Part shown: in pieces, positions 44,833 through 52,555 of the stretch
Position numbering within the stretch: the stretch's first letter is position 1
Layout of the letters: every line of letters starts with the position of its first letter
NCBI GenBank assembly: GCA_963614215.1
Contig: CAVECB010000002.1
Span: 18,055-82,054, forward strand
Length of the DNA stretch: 64,000 nt
Reading direction: 5' to 3'
Source of the DNA: Ruthenibacterium lactatiformans
Lineage (GTDB): Bacteria; Actinomycetota; Coriobacteriia; Coriobacteriales; QAMH01
The notes under the pieces: model-generated
Database searches by the model: none
Told to the model about the DNA's origin: nothing
The model's input: the letters and a program-made list of their open reading frames with translations, nothing else
Position numbers and translations under genes: made by a program

Positions 44833-44897
44833 TCTGCTGCCTGAAACGCCGCGACGGGGGCGGGTGAAGCCTTCGCGCGCGGCGCGTAAAACCGTGG

Positions 44898-45554
44898 TTA
44901 TTTGGACGTGCGCGCCTTGGACTGGGCAGAAGAGGCGCCCGCGGGCTTTTTCGCCTGGCGCGAGCCCCCTTTGCGCCCGCCAGCCGCACCCTGCGACGCG
45001 CCTTGGCCGCCAGACGAGGAGGCACCAGACGACGGGTGCTTTTTCGTCGACGTTGAAGACGGGGCCTTCTTTGCAGGTGCCTTCTGGGCATGCGAGGAGC
45101 CGCCGCGCTGGGCGGGCGGGGTAGCGGCGCCCACGGGCTGCGTGCAATACGGGCACATGGTCCAGGCGGGGTCGAGGGTGCGGCCGCAGCGCGTGCAGCG
45201 ATTGCGCAGCTGGTGGTGGCAGCACGGGCAGACGACGAAATCTTTTTGGGAAGGATAGCCGCAGTGCGGGCAGTCCGAATATTCGTCGAGCTGGCGCTGG
45301 AGCAGATCGAGCTGCATGTACTGCTCGTCGCGGTCGAGAACCGTCATGGGCGGGCGCAGCAGGCAGTAGGCCACAAGACCTGCCACCGGGATGATGGCGA
45401 TGACGGCCCACATGACGGCCGGCGCATTGCGCTCGCGCGCGTCGCGGAAGACCCAAACGATGCAGAGCAGGTAGAGCATGATGACGACGATGGTGACGAC
45501 CGCCAAGGCGATCTGCACCGGAAGGCTGAACATCTGGGTGAGTATCTCGCTCAT
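44898..45554 (-). CDS. Membrane protein with a double zinc-ribbon domain and a basic C-terminal tail
   Basis: 218 aa from the ATG at 45554 (AAGGGG RBS). It has two TM helices (a PLD-N-like VWVFRDARERN segment), then CPHCG...CPCCH...CTRCG...CPYC. Confidence 0.6.
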   Translation of the reverse strand: MSEILTQMFSLPVQIALAVVTIVVIMLYLLCIVWVFRDARERNAPAVMWAVIAIIPVAGLVAYCLLRPPMTVLDRDEQYMQLDLLQRQLDEYSDCPHCGYPSQKDFVVCPCCHHQLRNRCTRCGRTLDPAWTMCPYCTQPVGAATPPAQRGGSSHAQKAPAKKAPSSTSTKKHPSSGASSSGGQGASQGAAGGRKGGSRQAKKPAGASSAQSKARTSK

Positions 45555-45641
45555 CGAAACCCCTTGTTTCACGTTGTTCGCTGTTGCATGCCGCGCGCGG
45601 GCGCGGTTCCGCGAAATTCTAGCACCAAACACGCGCGGCAA

Positions 45642-46985
45642 CTACGCGCACACAAGACGCTTCACCTCGCCTGCAACGGTGATGGAGCCGGTGGCGAGTA
45701 CGGGCGTGTCCGCGAGCATCGAAAGCGCGGCTACGATGTCGGGCGCCTCGGTGGGCATGCGGCCCGTTTCGGCAGCGACGAGGGCGGCAAGCTCGTGCGG
45801 GCAAAGCGAGCGCGGCGAGGAGCTGCGCGTGACCACGATATCGGTGAACAGCGGCGCAAGCTCGTGCACGATGCCGGCGGCGTCCTTGTCTGCGAGTATG
45901 CCGAGCAGCAGCGTCGGCATGGGGGGCTTGAAGCGGGCGACCAGCTCTTTTGCAAGCACAGCAGCGGATTGGGGGTTGTGCGCCGCGTCGATAACGAGGA
46001 GCGGGTCTTCGCGCAGGCACTCGAAGCGCCCCGGGATAGAAAGGCCGCAAAGCGCGCGCGAGACCTGCGGCAACGCAGCGATTGAAATCCCGAAAAACGC
46101 CTGCGCCGCCTTCAGCGCCGTCGCGATGTTGGGGCGCTGGTAGGACGGAAACGACGAGGCGGCGCCCGGGTCGGCGAGCAGCCTTAAGTCGGCGGGACAG
46201 GCATCCATCACGGGGGCGTCCACCTCGCGGGCGCGGGCTGCAAACAGCTCGCGGCAGGCGATGCCGTCTGCAAGCACGGCCACAGAGCCCGGTTTGATGA
46301 TGGCCGCCTTTTCTGCCGCGATCTGCTCTACGGTGTCGCCTAGGACACGCGTATGGTCGAGACCCACCCCCGTCAGCACGGCGACGGCCGGGTCTGCCAC
46401 GCTCGTCGCGTCCCACCTGCCCCCAAGACCACATTCGAGCACGGCGGCGCCGACGCCTTCCTCGGCAAACCACCACAGGGCCGCCGCCGTCAAAAGCTCG
46501 AACTCTGTCGGGGCGACACTACAGCTCTTCCCTGCCGCCACGGCCGCGTCGATGGCCTCGGCAAAAGCGATATCTGAAATCGCGCGCACGTGCCCGTCGC
46601 TGCCCTCGAAGATTTTCATACGCTCGTTGTAGCAGGTAAGCCCAGGCGAGGTATAAAGGCCAACCTTCGCGGGCGCCTCGAGGAGCGTGCCCGCGCCGGA
46701 CAAGGGCGCACCGGACAGACCTGCGCCCCCTTCACCGCAACACGCATCCGCGCACGCCTGCACAAGCGCAGCCGTCATATGCGCCGTCGAGGTCTTGCCG
46801 TTCGTGCCCGCCACCTGCAGGCACGCATAGCTTTTCTGCGGGTCGCCCATGTATGCGCACATGCGCGTGATGGGGTCCAACGACAAGTCCATGCCAAAGC
46901 GCAGCGCCTCGCGCAAGGTCGCGCATGCCCGCTCGTAATCCAAGTTCGCCTGCAACCCCGCGCGCTCCTTTTTCGCTTGCCGCAA
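45642..46985 (-). CDS. folC: Folylpolyglutamate synthase / dihydrofolate synthase
   Basis: VAGTNGKTST P-loop with Mur-ligase-type architecture; 447 aa. Confidence 0.8.
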   Translation of the reverse strand: MRQAKKERAGLQANLDYERACATLREALRFGMDLSLDPITRMCAYMGDPQKSYACLQVAGTNGKTSTAHMTAALVQACADACCGEGGAGLSGAPLSGAGTLLEAPAKVGLYTSPGLTCYNERMKIFEGSDGHVRAISDIAFAEAIDAAVAAGKSCSVAPTEFELLTAAALWWFAEEGVGAAVLECGLGGRWDATSVADPAVAVLTGVGLDHTRVLGDTVEQIAAEKAAIIKPGSVAVLADGIACRELFAARAREVDAPVMDACPADLRLLADPGAASSFPSYQRPNIATALKAAQAFFGISIAALPQVSRALCGLSIPGRFECLREDPLLVIDAAHNPQSAAVLAKELVARFKPPMPTLLLGILADKDAAGIVHELAPLFTDIVVTRSSSPRSLCPHELAALVAAETGRMPTEAPDIVAALSMLADTPVLATGSITVAGEVKRLVCA

Positions 46986-47058
46986 GTCCCCGCCCCTTAA
47001 AGGAAAAAACCCGTCTCTGTCTTCGGTGTGGCATCTTAGCGCAGCAGGCGCACAGACC

Positions 47059-50000
47059 TCACGGACGCAAGCCCGCCTTCTCTATGGCGCTTTGCACGAC
47101 GAGGAGGACGCGGTTTTCCAGGTTCACCTCGCTTGCGCCGGCATCATAGTCGAGCACGGACAAGGCAATGTCTGGGTGCAGGCGCTGCATGCGCCGCAGG
47201 GCGCCCCGCGCGAACACGTGCGCCCCGAGGCAGCCGAAGCACGCGACGCATATGACGTCGTGCACGTCGCAGTCCTCGAAGAAGTCCATCTCCGGTGCCA
47301 GGAAATCCTTCTCGCAGGTGATGTCGCACAAAGGCGGCATCACCACCCGGCAGCCCGCCTCCTCGATGCGCTCCAAGACTTTCTTGGTGAAAAGGGCGTT
47401 CATCAAGACGGGGGCGTTGCCGGCGATGCCGATTGCCGGACGCGCGGGGCCTGCGGGGCTTGCACAAGGCGCAGGGGACACGGCCGGCGGCGGGCACAAG
47501 CCGCGCAACTCGGCGGTGGAAAACCCGACGAGGCGCACATGCGGATGGCCGGCGCGGGCGAGTGCACGCAAGAGCAGTTCGGGCAGCACCGCCTGCCGGC
47601 AGTCGTGGCACAGCTCGGGTGCGAGCAGGGCGGGCGGGCGGGCGGCGCCTGCCCATGCGGCAAGTGCACGAGCGTAATGCCCCACAAGGGCCACGGCGAC
47701 GCTGCAGGCGTCGTTGTCGACAAGCGCGAGGCCTGCCGCCATGTCCGCTTCGTCTAGCTCGGGCAAAAGCTTTACGGTGAATCCGCGCCTCTCCATGAGG
47801 CAGGCGACCTCTTTACTCAGCCCGCCGAAGACGCCGGGCACAAGCAAGATTTCAGTTGCGGGCGCGTCTTGTGGCGCAGACAGAGCGCCACAAGGCCGCA
47901 AGGCCGGGCCGGCAAGCGCGGCGGCAAACGCCCCGGCAGACGACGGCACGGGCAGGGGCGGGCAGGCATCCGAGGTGCCCGAGGTGCCCGCAACATCCGT
48001 TGCATCCACCTCTTCCCCCGCCGGGGCCTGCGGTTTTTCGCGGCGGGCGCGGGCGGCGTAGGCAAGAGAGCGCAGGCGTATGCGCACCGCGGCAAGGTCC
48101 GATATCTGGTCGAGCTTTATCTCGGCAAAAGGGCGCCCGGCGGCCCGCAGCTCCTCGTGCAGCTCGTCGGCGCGCATCGCGTCGATGCCGCAGCCAAAGG
48201 AGCGCAACACCACGAGCTGCGCATCCGAGTGCGCGGTACGCACGGTGTGCGGGTCGAGAACGTCGGCCAAGACGACGGCATAGCCCATCTGTCCCAGTAG
48301 CTCGTCGATGCCATGGTTGATGCCGGGGTCGGCGTGGTAGGGATGCCCCGCGAGTACGGCGACGGGAAACTCCCCCGCCTCCGCACGTGCGAGGATGTCG
48401 GTGCTGCGAGAGGCCAGCTCGTCGAAAAACGCGCGATAGGCCGCCTGTCCGCGCAGGTAGGCCGCCTGCAACTCGTCGGCACCCACGACAAGGCCGGCAC
48501 CTGCAAGCGAGGTGCGCAACGGCTCTGCCGCCTCGTCCCACGTGCGCATGCCCGACAAGACGGGCGCCGCCAGCTTCACCCCGGAAAAGACGTCGGCATC
48601 CATGTTGCGGCCGAGCATTGTGCCCGCGTGCTCGACGAGCGGGCATTCCACAAGGGCGTCCGGCACCGCGTCGCCCAAAAGCGCCGCGCGCGCGAAGGCA
48701 GACCCCATATCCGGCACGAAGAGCAGCTCCGCGCCGCGGCGCACGAGCTCTGCGGCGTGGGTGAAGAGCAGCTTGGACGGATAGCAAGCGCCCTCGACGG
48801 CAATCGCGCCCATGTGCCTGCGGTAGAGGCCCTCGTCTGTGGAGGCGCCCGCGACAAGCGAGACACCCAGTGCCTCGAAAAAAGCGGCCCAAAAAGGGTA
48901 ACTCTCGTAGAGCGCAAGCGCCTTCGGGATGCCGACAACCGGGCGCCGTTCGGATGCAGCGCACGCGCCGCCCGCGTCCCTTGCTGTAGTGTCGCCCTCT
49001 CCCGCGCCCGCCGCGCCCCTTGCCGCAGCGCCGCGCCCTCCCGCATCCTCGCGACCCTTCGCGTCGCAGCAGGCGATGAGGGCGTTTTTCACCTTCACCA
49101 TATCGGGCGGCACCTGCCGTGCCTGTCCGGCCGCCGACAGCGCCTGGCCAAACGAAGACGCGCCCGATACGCGCGCGCCCTTCTCGCAGCGGTTGCCCGT
49201 CACAAAGATACGCTCCTTGCCACGTCCGTAGCCGTCTGCAGCCGGTAGGGAAAAGCGCGACACCATGAGCTTGCAGCGGTTCGCGCACGCCTCGCACCTT
49301 TGGCTGCGGCGCACGATGCGCAACGCGGCCAGCTCCTGCGGCCCAAGCAGACCCGAGCGCGCCTGCCCCGCCCCATCCGGGTCTGCCTCGCGCGCCGCAA
49401 CATGCGCGTCGCGTGCCAGCAGGGCCGCGCCCCACGCGCCCATCAGCTCCGGGCGGTCCGGACGCGCGACCTCCACGCCGCATTCCAGCTCGAAGGCCCG
49501 CAACAGCGCGTCGTTGGCAAAAGCCCCGCCCTGCACCATCACACGCGTGCCAGCGTTCGGAAAACCAGGGCGGCGCACAACCTTGAACAGGGCGTTTCTC
49601 GCGCACGCCCACACGACGCCTGCCGCCATGTCCGCGCGCGAGACCCCCTCTTTTTGCGCATGCTTTACCCGCGACTCCATGAAGGTCGTGCAACGGCATC
49701 CCAAGTCCACGGGATGCGCGGCAAACAGCGCTTCGCTCGAAAACGCCTCCTTCGTACAGCGCATGGACCGCGCGATGGCATCGAAAAGCGAGCCGCAGCC
49801 CGAGCTGCACGCCTCGTTCAAGACGATGTCGTCGATCTGGCCGTCGCGCACGTAGAAGCACTTGATGTCCTGGCCGCCTATGTCCATGAGGAAGTCGAGC
49901 CCAGGGTCTAGCTCCAGGGCGGCCCGCAGGTGTGCGACCGTCTCGACCTCGCCATCGTCGACGCCAAAGGCCGCTCGACAGAAATCCTCGCCGTAGCCCA

Positions 50001-51153
50001 CGATGCACGCGCGACGCACGACCTTGCGCGGCATCCAGGGGGCGTCCATGTCGCGGTAGATGCGCTCTAGCATGCGCGGGAAGCTCTTGGCGATGTCGCC
50101 CTCGTTCCACTCGTAGCGCCAAGACAGCATCGCGCCACGGGCGTCGACGAGCACCATCTTCAACGTCGTGGAACCGGCGTCTATGCCAAGGAAGACGTCC
50201 GAGCCGTCGGCAACGTCGACGGGGTTTTCGACGGGGATGCGGCAAGCTAAGTGGCGCGCGCAAAACTTTTCGTACTCGTCTTTGCCGGTGAAGAGGGCGG
50301 GCAGGCGCCCGATGCCGTCTGCCTGCGAGAAGTCCGCTGTGCGTATGGCCGCCTCCAGCTCGGAAAGAAGCATGGGAGCCGAGCGCCTGTCGGATGCAGC
50401 GGCACCGTGCGCGACGAACAAATGCGCGCCGTCCGGCACAATCGCATGCGCCGCATCGATGCCGGAAACCCTGCAAAACGCGTCGCGCAAGGCGGGGATG
50501 TGTTGGAAAGGGCCGCCCAGCAAGACGACCGTGCCCTCGAGGGGGCGCCCCGCGCAAAGCCCCGCGACCGCCTGCGTGCACACGGCTTCGAGCACGCTGG
50601 CCGCGACGTCTTCCTTGCGCGCGCCGGATGCAAGCAGCGGGCGCACATCCGAGCGCGCGAACACGGCGCAGCGCGAGGCGATCGGATAGGTAGTGTTCGC
50701 GCCCATGGCCAGCCTATGCATGTCGCAGGAGCGTTCGCCCATCAGCGAGGCCATCAGGTCGATGAAGCCGCCGGTCCCGCCCGCGCACACCGCATTCATG
50801 CGCTGTTCAGGCACACCACTCAAGTAGAGGAGTTTGGTGTCCTCGCCGCCCATCTCCAGCACGGCGTCGGCGCCGGGACAGCGCGTCTCGACCGCCCGCT
50901 TCAATGCGACGACCTCTTGGACGAAACAGACGGGCAAAAGCTCGGCCACGCGCATGCCGGCGCTGCCCGTGACACAGGCCTCGACCTCGCGGTCCCCAAA
51001 GCGCCACACGCAGTCGTGGATGACCTCGGCAAGTGCTTCTTTTATCTTCGAGCGGTGCCGTGCATAGCTCTCGCAGACCACCTCGCCGCTCGATGCGACC
51101 AGCGCGAGCTTGATGGTCTTGGACCCTATGTCGATCCCGAGCCTGTCTGGCAT
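47059..51153 (-). CDS. Giant BcrAD/BadFG-type double ATPase (activase) fused to 2-hydroxyacyl-CoA-dehydratase-like domains
   Basis: Two ASKHA ATPase starts (LGIDIGSKTIKLALV and FLGIDAGSTTLKMVLV), followed by DUF2229/HgdB-like regions. I trimmed the start to the ATG at 51153. Confidence 0.7.
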   Translation of the reverse strand: MPDRLGIDIGSKTIKLALVASSGEVVCESYARHRSKIKEALAEVIHDCVWRFGDREVEACVTGSAGMRVAELLPVCFVQEVVALKRAVETRCPGADAVLEMGGEDTKLLYLSGVPEQRMNAVCAGGTGGFIDLMASLMGERSCDMHRLAMGANTTYPIASRCAVFARSDVRPLLASGARKEDVAASVLEAVCTQAVAGLCAGRPLEGTVVLLGGPFQHIPALRDAFCRVSGIDAAHAIVPDGAHLFVAHGAAASDRRSAPMLLSELEAAIRTADFSQADGIGRLPALFTGKDEYEKFCARHLACRIPVENPVDVADGSDVFLGIDAGSTTLKMVLVDARGAMLSWRYEWNEGDIAKSFPRMLERIYRDMDAPWMPRKVVRRACIVGYGEDFCRAAFGVDDGEVETVAHLRAALELDPGLDFLMDIGGQDIKCFYVRDGQIDDIVLNEACSSGCGSLFDAIARSMRCTKEAFSSEALFAAHPVDLGCRCTTFMESRVKHAQKEGVSRADMAAGVVWACARNALFKVVRRPGFPNAGTRVMVQGGAFANDALLRAFELECGVEVARPDRPELMGAWGAALLARDAHVAAREADPDGAGQARSGLLGPQELAALRIVRRSQRCEACANRCKLMVSRFSLPAADGYGRGKERIFVTGNRCEKGARVSGASSFGQALSAAGQARQVPPDMVKVKNALIACCDAKGREDAGGRGAAARGAAGAGEGDTTARDAGGACAASERRPVVGIPKALALYESYPFWAAFFEALGVSLVAGASTDEGLYRRHMGAIAVEGACYPSKLLFTHAAELVRRGAELLFVPDMGSAFARAALLGDAVPDALVECPLVEHAGTMLGRNMDADVFSGVKLAAPVLSGMRTWDEAAEPLRTSLAGAGLVVGADELQAAYLRGQAAYRAFFDELASRSTDILARAEAGEFPVAVLAGHPYHADPGINHGIDELLGQMGYAVVLADVLDPHTVRTAHSDAQLVVLRSFGCGIDAMRADELHEELRAAGRPFAEIKLDQISDLAAVRIRLRSLAYAARARREKPQAPAGEEVDATDVAGTSGTSDACPPLPVPSSAGAFAAALAGPALRPCGALSAPQDAPATEILLVPGVFGGLSKEVACLMERRGFTVKLLPELDEADMAAGLALVDNDACSVAVALVGHYARALAAWAGAARPPALLAPELCHDCRQAVLPELLLRALARAGHPHVRLVGFSTAELRGLCPPPAVSPAPCASPAGPARPAIGIAGNAPVLMNALFTKKVLERIEEAGCRVVMPPLCDITCEKDFLAPEMDFFEDCDVHDVICVACFGCLGAHVFARGALRRMQRLHPDIALSVLDYDAGASEVNLENRVLLVVQSAIEKAGLRP

Positions 51154-51428
51154 CCCGTGCGCTCCTCGCCGCCGTCTGCCCCTTTCGCACCGTCGGCATC
51201 CTCGTCGCCGCTTGCCCCTTTCGCGCCACCTCCGGCATCGCCGCGCGCCTTGCCTGCCGACACACCGGGCGGCGGAAACGCGACATAGCCGCATTCACGG
51301 CACGCGCCCGTCTCCGGATCGATGACGCCTCCGCATTTCAGACAGGGGATGCCCGCCGGCGGCACGTAGTAGGGGCTGTCGGGATTGTACTTCCCACAGC
51401 GTCCGCATCGTGTGCAGGGATAGCACAT
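51126..51428 (-). CDS. Cys-rich zinc-ribbon mini-protein
   Basis: 100 aa from the ATG at 51428 (GAGGAAG RBS). The sequence MCYPCTRCGRCG...CLKCGG...CRECG is followed by a G/A/D-rich tail. Its 3' end overlaps the activase start by 28 nt. Confidence 0.45.
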   Translation of the reverse strand: MCYPCTRCGRCGKYNPDSPYYVPPAGIPCLKCGGVIDPETGACRECGYVAFPPPGVSAGKARGDAGGGAKGASGDEDADGAKGADGGEERTGCQTGSGST

Positions 51429-51441
51429 CGTCGCCGCTTCC

Positions 51442-51900
51442 TCAGCGCACGTCCACGAGCTCGAGATGGTAGGCAAGCGTCTTTCCCGCAAAGGGGTGGT
51501 TGAAGTCGATGCGCACCTGGTCGTCGGTGCCGTCCACCACCCAGGCAGGCGCGCGCGTGCCGTCCTGCGGGTTCGTCCAATACAAAAAGTCGCCGCACTT
51601 CAGGTCGTAGCCGTCTTTCAGCATCACGCGCGGGTACCATTGCGCAAGCGCGTCTTGGTAGTCGCCGTAGCCGAACTCCGGCTCGATCTCGACATCTTTT
51701 TCCTCGCCGGCGCGCATGCCCTCAAGCGCCATCTCCACACCGCGCGGCAGCTTCATGTCGCCTAGCATGACGGTCAAAGAGTCCTCGCCGCCGACCACGT
51801 CCACAGGCTTCTCGCCCTTCAGGCCGCCCGCGTAGCGTATGGTCACGACCTTTCCCGTGCCGGCCACCTCACGCGTGTCCCGCTTAGCTGTTGCCTGCAT
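51442..51900 (-). CDS. FKBP-type peptidyl-prolyl isomerase (SlyD-like)
   Basis: 152 aa. V.IRY.G ... EGM..GE.KDV.I.PE.GYG, plus an insert-in-flap-like segment. Confidence 0.75.
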   Translation of the reverse strand: MQATAKRDTREVAGTGKVVTIRYAGGLKGEKPVDVVGGEDSLTVMLGDMKLPRGVEMALEGMRAGEEKDVEIEPEFGYGDYQDALAQWYPRVMLKDGYDLKCGDFLYWTNPQDGTRAPAWVVDGTDDQVRIDFNHPFAGKTLAYHLELVDVR

Positions 51901-52058
51901 GTCCTGTTCCCTCCTATCTGGGCTTTAGGGAAGGGAAAGCCGTGGTGAAAGCCGCATCGCAAAAGCCGTCTCGCGAAACCGCATTGCTTCACCGGCTTCA
52001 GCGGCTTCACCGACCTTATCGGCTCTCCCTCCCCCGTTGCTTTCGGGCCGGCCCGCCA

Positions 52059-52553
52059 CTAGATGACGGTGCCCTCGTTTTCGTCTATCTCGCCCACCTT
52101 GGTATCGTGGCGGTGCACGGCGTATGTCGCCTTGCCCGTGCCCTCAACTTCGATATGGGCAGCCTTGTGCTTCTTCTCGCCTTTCGAGACGAACTCCGGG
52201 CGCGTGCCCAGCGGGTCGTACTCGGGCACCACCAAAAACTGCTTGGGCTTGTCGGCGAGCTTTTTCGCCAACTCCTCAATGGGCCCGTAGGTGATGATGT
52301 TGGAAAGGCAATGGTGCACGCACATGGGCTCGCGACCCTTTTCCACGCGGTCCGCGCACAGATCGCACAGGTCGGTCACGATGGGCCAGTTGTTGAAGTT
52401 GTAGTGCTTGTCGTCCATCTTCCACGGCCCGTCGGCAAAGACCTTGATGCCGGTCTTGCCCACCGGATAGTCGTGCTCTTCTTGGCAGGTCACCTGGCAC
52501 GAGCCGCAGTTCGTGCAGAACTCGTAGTCGATCAGAAGTCCGTATGTGCTCAT
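52059..52553 (-). CDS. 8-Cys ferredoxin-like electron-transfer subunit with a C-terminal extension
   Basis: 164 aa with CTNCGSCQVTC, CDLCADR and PMCVHHC. It starts 2 nt after the stop of the upstream molybdoenzyme. Confidence 0.75.
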   Translation of the reverse strand: MSTYGLLIDYEFCTNCGSCQVTCQEEHDYPVGKTGIKVFADGPWKMDDKHYNFNNWPIVTDLCDLCADRVEKGREPMCVHHCLSNIITYGPIEELAKKLADKPKQFLVVPEYDPLGTRPEFVSKGEKKHKAAHIEVEGTGKATYAVHRHDTKVGEIDENEGTVI

Positions 52554-52555
52554 GT

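Noticed and set aside
45619-46476. A 285-aa minus-strand ORF inside folC.
   Set aside because: It is an alternative frame of the folC gene with Arg-rich, low-complexity translation. The folC frame carries the Mur-ligase P-loop.
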